DNA from: Auanema rhodensis | Taxonomy: Eukaryota; Animalia; Nematoda | Assembly (NCBI GenBank): GCA_964057225.1 | Contig: CAXKVF010000075.1 | Coordinates: forward strand, 248,001-312,000 | Reading direction: 5' to 3' | Length of the DNA stretch: 64,000 bases | Shown: piece by piece, positions 47,001 to 62,173 of the stretch | Layout: the number at the start of each line of letters is the position of its first letter | Numbering within the stretch: position 1 is the first letter of the stretch | Notes under the pieces: model-generated | Told to the model about the DNA's origin: nothing | The model's input: the letters and a program-made list of their open reading frames with translations, nothing else | Database searches by the model: none | Made by a program: the position numbers and the translations under genes

Positions 47001-48224
47001 CATCACGTGTACATTTAATTAGCATAAATTAAAGTTCACGTAAATTTCAAAGTCATGGTTACCATGCACCAATATCAATAAAAATTTGTTTTTAGACTAA
47101 TATGGACATGGGGAATCTAATTTTGAAAACCGCATCTCTTTATCTTTCACGTGAAGCGAGTTACATACCAAGTGCACATCACGTGTACATTTAATTAGCA
47201 TAAATTAAAGTTCACGTAAATTTCAAAGTCATGGTTACCATGAACCAATATCAATAAAAATTTGTTTTCAGACTAATATGGACATGGGGAATCTAATTTT
47301 GAAAACCGCATTTCTTTATCTTTCACGTGAAGCGAGTTACATACCAAGTGCACATCACGTGTACATTTAATTAGCATAAATTAAAGTTCACGTAAATTTC
47401 AAAGTCATGGTTACCATGAACCAATATCAATAAAAATTTGTTTTTAGACTAATATGGACATGGGGAATCTAATTTTGAAAACCGCATCTCTTTATCTTTC
47501 ACGTGAAGCGAGTTACATACCAAGTGCACATCACGTGTACATTTAATTAGCATAAATTAAAGTTCACGTAAATTTCAAAGTCATGGTTACCATGCACCAA
47601 TATCAATAAAAATTTGTTTTTAGACTAATATGGACATGGGGAATCTAATTTTGAAAACCGCATCTCTTTATCTTTCACGTGAAGCGAGTTACATACCAAG
47701 TGCACATCACGTGTACATTTAATTAGCATAAATTAAAGTTCACGTAAATTTCAAAGTCATGGTTACCATGCACCAATATCAATAAAAATTTGTTTTTAGA
47801 CTAATATGGACATGGGGAATCTAATTTTGAAAACCGCATCTCTTTATCTTTCACGTGAAGCAAGTTACATACCAAGTGCACATCACGTGTACATTTAATT
47901 AGCATAAATTAAAGTTCACGTAAATTTCAAAGTCATGGTTACCATGAACCAATATCAATAAAAATTTGTTTTCAGACTAATATGGACATGGGGAATCTAA
48001 TTTTGAAAACCGCATTTCTTTATCTTTCACGTGAAGCGAGTTACATACCAAGTGCACATCACGTGTACATTTAATTAGCATAAATTAAAGTTCACGTAAA
48101 TTTCAAAGTCATGGTTACCATGCACCAATATCAATAAAAATTTGTTTTTAGACTAATATGGACATGGGGAATCTAATTTTGAGAACCGCATCTCTTTATC
48201 TTTCACATGAAGCGAGTTACATAC

Positions 48225-50336
48225 CAAGTGCACATCACGTGTACATTTAATTAGCATAAATTAAAGTTCACGTAAATTTCAAAGTCATGGTTACCATGAA
48301 GCAATATCAATAAAAATTTGTTTTTAGACTAATATGGACATGGGGAATCTAATTTTGAAAACCGCATCTCTTTATCTTTCACGTGAAGCGAGTTACATAC
48401 CAAGTGCACATCACGTGTACATTTAATTAGCATAAATTAAAGTTCACGTAAATTTCAAAGTCATGGTTACCATGAACCAATATCAATAAAAATTTGTTTT
48501 TAGACTAATATGGACATGGGGAATCTAATTTTGAAAACCGCATTTCTTTATCTTTCACGTGAAGCGAGTTACATACCAAGTGCACATCACGTGTACATTT
48601 AATTAGCATAAATTAAAGTTCACGTAAAATTCAAAGTCATGGTTACCATGAACCAATATCAATAAAAATTTGTTTTTAGACTAATATGGACATGGGGAAT
48701 CTAATTTTGAAAACCGCATCTCTTTATCTTTCACGTGAAGCGAGTTACATACCAAGTGCACATCACGTGTACATTTAATTAGCATTAATTAAAGTTCACG
48801 TAAATTTCAAAGTCATGGTTACCATGAACCAATATCAATAAAAATTTGTTTTTAGACTAATATGGACATGGGGAATCTACTTTTGAAAACCGCATCTCTT
48901 TATCTTTCACGTGAAGCGAGTTACATACCAAGTGCACATCACGTGTACATTTAATTAGCATAAATTAAAGTTCACGTAAAATTCAAAGTCATGGTTACCA
49001 TGAACCAATATCAATAAAAATTTGTTTTTAGACTAATATGGACATGGGGAATCTAATTTTGAAAACCGCATCTCTTTATCTTTCACGTGAAGCGAGTTAC
49101 ATACCAAGTGCACATCACGTGTACATTTAATTAGCATAAATTAAAGTTCACGTATATTTCAAAGTCATGGTTACCATGAACTAATATCAATAAAAATTTG
49201 TTTTTAGACTAATATGGACATGGGGAATCTAATTTTGAAAACCGCATCTCTTTATCTTTCACGTGAAGCGAGTTACATACCAAGTGCACATCACGTGTAC
49301 ATTTAATTAGCATAAATTAAAGTTCACGTAAATTTCAAAGTCATGGTTACCATGAAGCAATATCAATAAAAATTTGTTTTTAGACTAATATGGACATGGG
49401 GAATCTAATTTTGAAAACCGCATCTCTTTATCTTTCACGTGAAGCGAGTTACATACCAAGTGCACATCACGTGTACATTTAATTAGCATAAATTAAAGTT
49501 CACGTAAATTTCAAAGTCATGGTTACCATGAACCAATATCAATAAAAATTTGTTTTTAGACTAATATGGACATGGGGAATCTAATTTTGAAAACCGCATT
49601 TCTTTATCTTTCACGTGAAGCGAGTTACATACCAAGTGCACATCACGTGTACATTTAATTAGCATAAATTAAAGTTCACGTAAAATTCAAAGTCATGGTT
49701 ACCATGAACCAATATCAATAAAAATTTGTTTTTAGACTAATATGGACATGGGGAATCTAATTTTGAAAACCGCATCTCTTTATCTTTCACGTGAAGCGAG
49801 TTACATACCAAGTGCACATCACGTGTACATTTAATTAGCATTAATTAAAGTTCACGTAAATTTCAAAGTCATGGTTACCATGAACCAATATCAATAAAAA
49901 TTTGTTTTTAGACTAATATGGACATGGGGAATCTACTTTTGAAAACCGCATCTCTTTATCTTTCACGTGAAGCGAGTTACATACCAAGTGCACATCACGT
50001 GTACATTTAATTAGCATAAATTAAAGTTCACGTAAAATTCAAAGTCATGGTTACCATGAACCAATATCAATAAAAATTTGTTTTTAGACTAATATGGACA
50101 TGGGGAATCTAATTTTGAAAACCGCATCTCTTTATCTTTCACGTGAAGCGAGTTACATACCAAGTGCACATCACGTGTACATTTAATTAGCATAAATTAA
50201 AGTTCACGTATATTTCAAAGTCATGGTTACCATGAACTAATATCAATAAAAATTTGTTTTTAGACTAATATGGACATGGGGAATCTAATTTTGAAAACCG
50301 CATCTCTTTATCTTTCACGTGAAGCGAGTTACATAC
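48225..50336. repeat. Tandem 6-monomer (1056-bp) duplication
   Basis: Series AAGC / CATTT / AAAATT / CATT+TACT / AAAATT / GTATA+AACT occurs at 48225-49280 and 49281-50336. Confidence 0.9.
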
Positions 50337-53300
50337 CAAGTGCACATCACGTGTACATTTAATTAGCATAAATTAAAGTTCACGTAAATTTCAAAGTCAT
50401 GGTTACCATGAAGCAATATCAATAAAAATTTGTTTTTAGACTAATATGGACATGGGGAATCTAATTTTGAAAACCGCATCTCTTTATCTTTCACGTGAAG
50501 CGAGTTACATACCAAGTGCACATCACGTGTACATTTAATTAGCATAAATTAAAGTTCACGTAAATTTCAAAGTCATGGTTACCATGCACCAATATCAATA
50601 AAAATTTGTTTTTAGACTAATATGGACATGGGGAATCTAATTTTGAGAACCGCATCTCTTTATCTTTCACGTGAAGCGAGTTACATACCAAGTGCACATC
50701 ACGTGTACATTTAATTAGCATAAATTAAAGTTCACGTAAATTTCAAAGTCATGGTTACCATGAAGCAATATCAATAAAAATTTGTTTTTAGACTAATATG
50801 GACATGGGGAATCTAATTTTGAAAACCGCATCTCTTTATCTTTCACGTGAAGCGAGTTACATACCAAGTGCACATCACGTGTACATTTAATTAGCATAAA
50901 TTAAAGTTCACGTAAATTTCAAAGTCATGGTTACCATGAACCAATATCAATAAAAATTTGTTTTTAGACTAATATGGACATGGGGAATCTAATTTTGAAA
51001 ACCGCATCTCTTTATCTTTCACGTGAAGCGAGTTACATACCAAGTGCACATCACGTGTACATTTAATTAGCATAAATTAAAGTTCACGTAAATTTCAAAG
51101 TCATGGTTACCATGAACCAATATCAATAAAAATTTGTTTTTAGACTAATATGGACATGGGGAATCTAATTTTGAAAACCGCATTTCTTTATATTTCACGT
51201 GAAGCGAGTTACATACCAAGTGCACATCACGTGTACATTTAATTAGCATAAATTAAAGTTCACGTAAATTTCAAAGTCATGGTTACCATGCACCAATATC
51301 AATAAAAATTTGTTTTTAGACTAATATGGACATGGGGAATCTAATTTTGAAAACCGCATTTCTTTATATTTCACGTGAAGCGAGTTACATACCAAGTGCA
51401 CATCACGTGTACATTTAATTAGCATAAATTAAAGTTCACGTAAATTTCAAAGTCATGGTTACCATGAACCAATATCAATAAAATTTTGTTTTTAGACTAA
51501 TATGGACATGGGGAATCTAATTTTGAAAACCGCATTTCTTTATATTTCACGTGAAGCGAGTTACATACCAAGTGCACATCACGTGTACATTTAATTAGCA
51601 TAAATTAAAGTTCACGTAAATTTCAAAGTCATGGTTACCATGCACCAATATCAATAAAAATTTGTTTTTAGACTAATATGGACATGGGGAATCTAATTTT
51701 AAAAACCGCATCTCTTTTTCTTTCACGTGAAGCGAGTTACATACCAAGTGCACATCACGTGTACATTTAATTAGCATAAATTAAAGTTCACGTAAATTTC
51801 AAAGTCATGGTTACCATGCACCAATATCAATAAAAATTTGTTTTTAGACTAATATGGACATGGGGAATCTAATTTTGAAAACCGCATCTCTTTATCTTTC
51901 ACGTGAAGCGAGTTACATACCAAGTGCACATCACGTGTACATTTAATTAGCATAAATTAAAGTTCACGTAAATTTCAAAGTCATGGTTACCATGAACCAA
52001 TATCAATAAAAATTTGTTTTTAGACTAATATGGACATGGGGAATCTAATTTTGAAAACCGCATCTCTTTATCTTTCACGTGAAGCGAGTTACATACCAAG
52101 TGCACATCACGTGTACATTTAATTAGCATAAATTAAAGTTCACGTAAATTTCAAAGTCATGGTTACCATGCACCAATATCAATAAAAATTTGTTTTTAGA
52201 CTAATATGGACATGGAGAATCTAATTTTGAAAACCGCATCTCTTTATCTTTCACGTGAAGCGAGTTACATACCAAGTGCACATCACGTGTACATTTAATT
52301 AGCATAAATTAAAGTTCACGTAAATTTCAAAGTCATGGTTACCATGCACCAATATCAATAAAAATTTGTTTTTAGACTAATATGGACATGGGGAATCTAA
52401 TTTTGAAAACCGCATCTCTTTATCTTTCACGTGAAGCGAGTTACATACCAAGTGCACATCACGTGTACATTTAATTAGCATAAATTAAAGTTCACGTAAA
52501 TTTCAAAGTCATGGTTACCATGCACCAATATCAATAAAAATTTGTTTTCAGACTAATATGGACATGGGGAATCTAATTTTGAAAACCGCATTTCTTTATC
52601 TTTCACGTGAAGCGAGTTACATACCAAGTGCACATCACGTGTACATTTAATTAGCATAAATTAAAGTTCACGTAAATTTCAAAGTCATGGTTACCATGAA
52701 CCAATATCAATAAAAATTTGTTTTTAGACTAATATGGACATGGGGAATCTAATTTTGAAAACCGCATCTCTTTATCTTTCACGTGAAGCGAGTTACATAC
52801 CAAGTGCACATCACGTGTACATTTAATTAGCATAAATTAAAGTTCACGTAAATTTCAAAGTCATGGTTACCATGCACCAATATCAATAAAAATTTGTTTT
52901 TAGACTAATATGGACATGGGGAATCTAATTTTGAAAACCGCATCTCTTTATCTTTCACGTGAAGCGAGTTACATACCAAGTGCACATCACGTGTACATTT
53001 AATTAGCATAAATTAAAGTTCACGTAAATTTCAAAGTCATGGTTACCATGAACCAATATCAATAAAAATTTGTTTTTAGACTAATATGGACATGGGGAAT
53101 CTAATTTTGAAAACCGCATCTCTTTATCTTTCACGTGAAGCGAGTTACATACCAAGTGCACATCACGTGTACATTTAATTAGCATAAATTAAAGTTCACG
53201 TAAATTTCAAAGTCATGGTTACCATGCACCAATATCAATAAAAATTTGTTTTTAGACTAATATGGACATGGAGAATCTAATTTTGAAAACCGCATCTCTT

Positions 53301-56300
53301 TATCTTTCACGTGAAGCGAGTTACATACCAAGTGCACATCACGTGTACATTTAATTAGCATAAATTAAAGTTCACGTAAATTTCAAAGTCATGGTTACCA
53401 TGCACCAATATCAATAAAAATTTGTTTTTAGACTAATATGGACATGGGGAATCTAATTTTGAAAACCGCATCTCTTTATCTTTCACGTGAAGCGAGTTAC
53501 ATACCAAGTGCACATCACGTGTACATTTAATTAGCATAAATTAAAGTTCACGTAAATTTCAAAGTCATGGTTACCATGAACCAATATCAATAAAAATTTG
53601 TTTTCAGACTAATATGGACATGGGGAATCTAATTTTGAAAACCGCATTTCTTTATCTTTCACGTGAAGCGAGTTACATACCAAGTGCACATCACGTGTAC
53701 ATTTAATTAGCATAAATTAAAGTTCACGTAAATTTCAAAGTCATGGTTACCATGAACCAATATCAATAAAAATTTGTTTTTAGACTAATATGGACATGGG
53801 GAATCTAATTTTGAAAACCGCATCTCTTTATCTTTCACGTGAAGCGAGTTACATACCAAGTGCACATCACGTGTACATTTAATTAGCATAAATTAAAGTT
53901 CACGTAAATTTCAAAGTCATGGTTACCATGAAGCAATATCAATAAAAATTTGTTTTTAGACTAATATGGACATGGGGAATCTAATTTTGAAAACCGCATC
54001 TCTTTATCTTTCACGTGAAGCGAGTTACATACCAAGTGCACATCACGTGTACATTTAATTAGCATAAATTAAAGTTCACGTAAATTTCAAAGTCATGGTT
54101 ACCATGCACCAATATCAATAAAAATTTGTTTTTAGACTAATATGGACATGGAGAATCTAATTTTGAAAACCGCATCTCTTTATCTTTCACGTGAAGCGAG
54201 TTACATACCAAGTGCACATCACGTGTACATTTAATTAGCATAAATTAAAGTTCACGTAAATTTCAAAGTCATGGTTACCATGCACCAATATCAATAAAAA
54301 TTTGTTTTTAGACTAATATGGACATGGGGAATCTAATTTTGAAAACCGCATCTCTTTATCTTTCACGTGAAGCGAGTTACATACCAAGTGCACATCACGT
54401 GTACATTTAATTAGCATAAATTAAAGTTCACGTAAATTTCAAAGTCATGGTTACCATGAACCAATATCAATAAAAATTTGTTTTCAGACTAATATGGACA
54501 TGGGGAATCTAATTTTGAAAACCGCATTTCTTTATCTTTCACGTGAAGCGAGTTACATACCAAGTGCACATCACGTGTACATTTAATTAGCATAAATTAA
54601 AGTTCACGTAAATTTCAAAGTCATGGTTACCATGAACCAATATCAATAAAAATTTGTTTTTAGACTAATATGGACATGGGGAATCTAATTTTGAAAACCG
54701 CATCTCTTTATCTTTCACGTGAAGCGAGTTACATACCAAGTGCACATCACGTGTACATTTAATTAGCATAAATTAAAGTTCACGTAAATTTCAAAGTCAT
54801 GGTTACCATGCACCAATATCAATAAAAATTTGTTTTTAGACTAATATGGACATGGGGAATCTAATTTTGAAAAGCGCATCTCTTTATCTTTCACGTGAAG
54901 CGAGTTACATACCAAGTGCACATCACGTGTACATTTAATTAGCATAAATTAAAGTTCACGTAAATTTCAAAGTCATGGTTACCATGCACCAATATCAATA
55001 AAAATTTGTTTTTAGACTAATATGGACATGGGGAATCTAATTTTGAAAACCGCATCTCTTTATCTTTCACGTGAAGCAAGTTACATACCAAGTGCACATC
55101 ACGTGTACATTTAATTAGCATAAATTAAAGTTCACGTAAATTTCAAAGTCATGGTTACCATGAACCAATATCAATAAAAATTTGTTTTCAGACTAATATG
55201 GACATGGGGAATCTAATTTTGAAAACCGCATTTCTTTATCTTTCACGTGAAGCGAGTTACATACCAAGTGCACATCACGTGTACATTTAATTAGCATAAA
55301 TTAAAGTTCACGTAAATTTCAAAGTCATGGTTACCATGCACCAATATCAATAAAAATTTGTTTTTAGACTAATATGGACATGGGGAATCTAATTTTGAGA
55401 ACCGCATCTCTTTATCTTTCACATGAAGCGAGTTACATACCAAGTGCACATCACGTGTACATTTAATTAGCATAAATTAAAGTTCACGTAAATTTCAAAG
55501 TCATGGTTACCATGAAGCAATATCAATAAAAATTTGTTTTTAGACTAATATGGACATGGGGAATCTAATTTTGAAAACCGCATCTCTTTATCTTTCACGT
55601 GAAGCGAGTTACATACCAAGTGCACATCACGTGTACATTTAATTAGCATAAATTAAAGTTCACGTAAATTTCAAAGTCATGGTTACCATGAACCAATATC
55701 AATAAAAATTTGTTTTTAGACTAATATGGACATGGGGAATCTAATTTTGAAAACCGCATTTCTTTATCTTTCACGTGAAGCGAGTTACATACCAAGTGCA
55801 CATCACGTGTACATTTAATTAGCATAAATTAAAGTTCACGTAAAATTCAAAGTCATGGTTACCATGAACCAATATCAATAAAAATTTGTTTTTAGACTAA
55901 TATGGACATGGGGAATCTAATTTTGAAAACCGCATCTCTTTATCTTTCACGTGAAGCGAGTTACATACCAAGTGCACATCACGTGTACATTTAATTAGCA
56001 TTAATTAAAGTTCACGTAAATTTCAAAGTCATGGTTACCATGAACCAATATCAATAAAAATTTGTTTTTAGACTAATATGGACATGGGGAATCTACTTTT
56101 GAAAACCGCATCTCTTTATCTTTCACGTGAAGCGAGTTACATACCAAGTGCACATCACGTGTACATTTAATTAGCATAAATTAAATTTCACGTAAAATTC
56201 AAAGTCATGGTTACCATGAACCAATATCAATAAAAATTTGTTTTTAGACTAATATGGACATGGGGAATCTAATTTTGAAAACCGCATCTCTTTATCTTTC

Positions 56301-57552
56301 ACGTGAAGCGAGTTACATACCAAGTGCACATCACGTGTACATTTAATTAGCATAAATTAAAGTTCACGTATATTTCAAAGTCATGGTTACCATGAACTAA
56401 TATCAATAAAAATTTGTTTTTAGACTAATATGGACATGGGGAATCTAATTTTGGAAACCGCATCTCTTTATCTTTCACGTGAAGCGAGTTACATACCAAG
56501 TGCACATCACGTGTACATTTAATTAGCATAAATTAAAGTTCACGTAAATTTCAAAGTCATGGTTACCATGAAGCAATATCAATAAAAATTTGTTTTTAGA
56601 CTAATATGGACATGGGGAATCTAATTTTGAAAACCGCATCTCTTTATCTTTCACGTGAAGCGAGTTACATACCAAGTGCACATCACGTGTACATTTAATT
56701 AGCATAAATTAAAGTTCACGTAAATTTCAAAGTCATGGTTACCATGCACCAATATCAATAAAAATTTGTTTTTAGACTAATATGGACATGGGGAATCTAA
56801 TTTTGAGAACCGCATCTCTTTATCTTTCACGTGAAGCGAGTTACATACCAAGTGCACATCACGTGTACATTTAATTAGCATAAATTAAAGTTCACGTAAA
56901 TTTCAAAGTCATGGTTACCATGAAGCAATATCAATAAAAATTTGTTTTTAGACTAATATGGACATGGGGAATCTAATTTTGAAAACCGCATCTCTTTATC
57001 TTTCACGTGAAGCGAGTTACATACCAAGTGCACATCACGTGTACATTTAATTAGCATAAATTAAAGTTCACGTAAATTTCAAAGTCATGGTTACCATGAA
57101 CCAATATCAATAAAAATTTGTTTTTAGACTAATATGGACATGGGGAATCTAATTTTGAAAACCGCATTTCTTTATCTTTCACGTGAAGCGAGTTACATAC
57201 CAAGTGCACATCACGTGTACATTTAATTAGCATAAATTAAAGTTCACGTAAAATTCAAAGTCATGGTTACCATGAAGCAATATCAATAAAAATTTGTTTT
57301 TAGACTAATATGGACATGGGGAATCTAATTTTGAAAACCGCATCTCTTCATCTTTCACGTGAAGCGAGTTACATACCAAGTGCACATCACGTGTACATTT
57401 AATTAGCATAAATTAAAGTTCACGTAAATTTCAAAGTCATGGTTACCATGAACCAATATCAATAAAAATTTGTTTTTAGACTAATATGGACATGGGGAAT
57501 CTAATTTTGAAAACCGCATCTCTTTATCTTTCACGTGAAGCAAGTTACATAC

Positions 57553-60500
57553 CAAGTGCACATCACGTGTACATTTAATTAGCATAAATTAAAGTTCACG
57601 TAAATTTCAAAGTCATGGTTACCATGAACCAATATCAATAAAAATTTGTTTTTAGACTAATATGGACATGGGGAATCTAATTTTGAAAACCGCATCTCTT
57701 TATCTTTCACGTGAAGCAAGTTACATACCAAGTGCACATCACGTGTACATTTAATTAGCATAAATTAAAGTTCACGTAAATTTCAAAGTCATGGTTACCA
57801 TGAACCAATATCAATAAAAATTTGTTTTCAGACTAATATGGACATGGGGAATCTAATTTTGAAAACCGCATTTCTTTATCTTTCACGTGAAGCGAGTTAC
57901 ATACCAAGTGCACATCACGTGTACATTTAATTAGCATAAATTAAAGTTCACGTAAATTTCAAAGTCATGGTTACCATGCACCAATATCAATAAAAATTTG
58001 TTTTTAGACTAATATGGACATGGGGAATCTAATTTTGAGAACCGCATCTCTTTATCTTTCACGTGAAGCGAGTTACATACCAAGTGCACATCACGTGTAC
58101 ATTTAATTAGCATAAATTAAAGTTCACGTAAATTTCAAAGTCATGGTTACCATGAAGCAATATCAATAAAAATTTGTTTTTAGACTAATATGGACATGGG
58201 GAATCTAATTTTGAAAACCGCATCTCTTCATCTTTCACGTGAAGCGAGTTACATACCAAGTGCACATCACGTGTACATTTAATTAGCATAAATTAAAGTT
58301 CACGTAAATTTCAAAGTCATGGTTACCATGAACCAATATCAATAAAAATTTGTTTTTAGACTAATATGGACATGGGGAATCTAATTTTGAAAACCGCATC
58401 TCTTTATCTTTCACGTGAAGCGAGTTACATACCAAGTGCACATCACGTGTACATTTAATTAGCATAAATTAAAGTTCACGTAAATTTCAAAGTCATGGTT
58501 ACCATGCACCAATATCAATAAAAATTTGTTTTTAGACTAATATGGACATGGGGAATCTAATTTTGAAAACCGCATCTCTTTATCTTTCACGTGAAGCAAG
58601 TTACATACCAAGTGCACATCACGTGTACATTTAATTAGCATAAATTAAAGTTCACGTAAATTTCAAAGTCATGGTTACCATGAACCAATATCAATAAAAA
58701 TTTGTTTTCAGACTAATATGGACATGGGGAATCTAATTTTGAAAACCGCATTTCTTTATCTTTCACGTGAAGCGAGTTACATACCAAGTGCACATCACGT
58801 GTACATTTAATTAGCATAAATTAAAGTTCACGTAAATTTCAAAGTCATGGTTACCATGCACCAATATCAATAAAAATTTGTTTTTAGACTAATATGGACA
58901 TGGGGAATCTAATTTTGAGAACCGCATCTCTTTATCTTTCACGTGAAGCGAGTTACATACCAAGTGCACATCACGTGTACATTTAATTAGCATAAATTAA
59001 AGTTCACGTAAAATTCAAAGTCATGGTTACCATGAACCAATATCAATAAAAATTTGTTTTTAGACTAATATGGACATGGGGAATCTAATTTTGAAAACCG
59101 CATCTCTTTATCTTTCACGTGAAGCGAGTTACATACCAAGTGCACATCACGTGTACATTTAATTAGCATTAATTAAAGTTCACGTAAATTTCAAAGTCAT
59201 GGTTACCATGAACCAATATCAATAAAAATTTGTTTTTAGACTAATATGGACATGGGGAATCTACTTTTGAAAACCGCATCTCTTTATCTTTCACGTGAAG
59301 CGAGTTACATACCAAGTGCACATCACGTGTACATTTAATTAGCATAAATTAAAGTTCACGTAAATTTCAAAGTCATGGTTACCATGCACCAATATCAATA
59401 AAAATTTGTTTTTAGACTAATATGGACATGGGGAATCTAATTTTGAAAACCGCATCTCTTTATCTTTCACGTGAAGCAAGTTACATACCAAGTGCACATC
59501 ACGTGTACATTTAATTAGCATAAATTAAAGTTCACGTAAATTTCAAAGTCATGGTTACCATGAACCAATATCAATAAAAATTTGTTTTCAGACTAATATG
59601 GACATGGGGAATCTAATTTTGAAAACCGCATTTCTTTATCTTTCACGTGAAGCGAGTTACATACCAAGTGCACATCACGTGTACATTTAATTAGCATAAA
59701 TTAAAGTTCACGTAAATTTCAAAGTCATGGTTACCATGCACCAATATCAATAAAAATTTGTTTTTAGACTAATATGGACATGGGGAATCTAATTTTGAGA
59801 ACCGCATCTCTTTATCTTTCACGTGAAGCGAGTTACATACCAAGTGCACATCACGTGTACATTTAATTAGCATAAATTAAAGTTCACGTAAAATTCAAAG
59901 TCATGGTTACCATGAACCAATATCAATAAAAATTTGTTTTTAGACTAATATGGACATGGGGAATCTAATTTTGAAAACCGCATCTCTTTATCTTTCACGT
60001 GAAGCGAGTTACATACCAAGTGCACATCACGTGTACATTTAATTAGCATTAATTAAAGTTCACGTAAATTTCAAAGTCATGGTTACCATGAACCAATATC
60101 AATAAAAATTTGTTTTTAGACTAATATGGACATGGGGAATCTACTTTTGAAAACCGCATCTCTTTATCTTTCACGTGAAGCGAGTTACATACCAAGTGCA
60201 CATCACGTGTACATTTAATTAGCATAAATTAAAGTTCACGTAAATTTCAAAGTCATGGTTACCATGCACCAATATCAATAAAAATTTGTTTTTAGACTAA
60301 TATGGACATGGGGAATCTAATTTTGAAAACCGCATCTCTTTATCTTTCACGTGAAGCAAGTTACATACCAAGTGCACATCACGTGTACATTTAATTAGCA
60401 TAAATTAAAGTTCACGTAAATTTCAAAGTCATGGTTACCATGAACCAATATCAATAAAAATTTGTTTTCAGACTAATATGGACATGGGGAATCTAATTTT

Positions 60501-61952
60501 GAAAACCGCATTTCTTTATCTTTCACGTGAAGCGAGTTACATACCAAGTGCACATCACGTGTACATTTAATTAGCATAAATTAAAGTTCACGTAAATTTC
60601 AAAGTCATGGTTACCATGCACCAATATCAATAAAAATTTGTTTTTAGACTAATATGGACATGGGGAATCTAATTTTGAGAACCGCATCTCTTTATCTTTC
60701 ACGTGAAGCGAGTTACATACCAAGTGCACATCACGTGTACATTTAATTAGCATAAATTAAAGTTCACGTAAATTTCAAAGTCATGGTTACCATGAAGCAA
60801 TATCAATAAAAATTTGTTTTTAGACTAATATGGACATGGGGAATCTAATTTTGAAAACCGCATCTCTTCATCTTTCACGTGAAGCGAGTTACATACCAAG
60901 TGCACATCACGTGTACATTTAATTAGCATAAATTAAAGTTCACGTAAATTTCAAAGTCATGGTTACCATGAACCAATATCAATAAAAATTTGTTTTTAGA
61001 CTAATATGGACATGGGGAATCTAATTTTGAAAACCGCATCTCTTTATCTTTCACGTGAAGCGAGTTACATACCAAGTGCACATCACGTGTACATTTAATT
61101 AGCATAAATTAAAGTTCACGTAAATTTCAAAGTCATGGTTACCATGCACCAATATCAATAAAAATTTGTTTTTAGACTAATATGGACATGGGGAATCTAA
61201 TTTTGAAAACCGCATCTCTTTATCTTTCACGTGAAGCAAGTTACATACCAAGTGCACATCACGTGTACATTTAATTAGCATAAATTAAAGTTCACGTAAA
61301 TTTCAAAGTCATGGTTACCATGAACCAATATCAATAAAAATTTGTTTTCAGACTAATATGGACATGGGGAATCTAATTTTGAAAACCGCATTTCTTTATC
61401 TTTCACGTGAAGCGAGTTACATACCAAGTGCACATCACGTGTACATTTAATTAGCATAAATTAAAGTTCACGTAAATTTCAAAGTCATGGTTACCATGCA
61501 CCAATATCAATAAAAATTTGTTTTTAGACTAATATGGACATGGGGAATCTAATTTTGAGAACCGCATCTCTTTATCTTTCACGTGAAGCGAGTTACATAC
61601 CAAGTGCACATCACGTGTACATTTAATTAGCATAAATTAAAGTTCACGTAAATTTCAAAGTCATGGTTACCATGAAGCAATATCAATAAAAATTTGTTTT
61701 TAGACTAATATGGACATGGGGAATCTAATTTTGAAAACCGCATCTCTTTATCTTTCACGTGAAGCGAGTTACATACCAAGTGCACATCACGTGTACATTT
61801 AATTAGCATTAATTAAAGTTCACGTAAATTTCAAAGTCATGGTTACCATGAACCAATATCAATAAAAATTTGTTTTTAGACTAATATGGACATGGGGAAT
61901 CTACTTTTGAAAACCGCATCTCTTTATCTTTCACGTGAAGCGAGTTACATAC
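57553..61952. repeat. 5-monomer (880-bp) higher-order repeat, 5 units
   Basis: Triplet of monomers GAAGCAAG / TTCAG+CATTT / GAGAAC recurs every 880 bp (starting 57553, 58433, 59313, 60193, 61073); slots 4-5 vary between units. Confidence 0.9.
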
Positions 61953-62173
61953 CAAGTGCACATCACGTGTACATTTAATTAGCATAAATTAAAGTTCACG
62001 TAAATTTCAAAGTCATGGTTACCATGCACCAATATCAATAAAAATTTGTTTTTAGACTAATATGGACATGGGGAATCTAATTTTGAGAACCGCATCTCTT
62101 TATCTTTCACGTGAAGCGAGTTACATACCAAGTGCACATCACGTGTACATTTAATTAGCATAAATTAAAGTTT

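Larger units (their letters stand above)
1..62172. repeat. 176-bp tandem satellite DNA array (353 full monomers + 44 bp of monomer 354), ~32% GC, continues beyond left edge
   Basis: Monomer CAAGTGCACATCACGTGTAC...GAAGCGAGTTACATAC restarts at 1, 177, 353, ... and in exact register at every 2640-bp step (2641, 5281, ... 60721) and at 62129 (=353x176+1). 56 of 176 bases are G+C. Copies differ by 0-5 substitutions. Confidence 0.99.
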
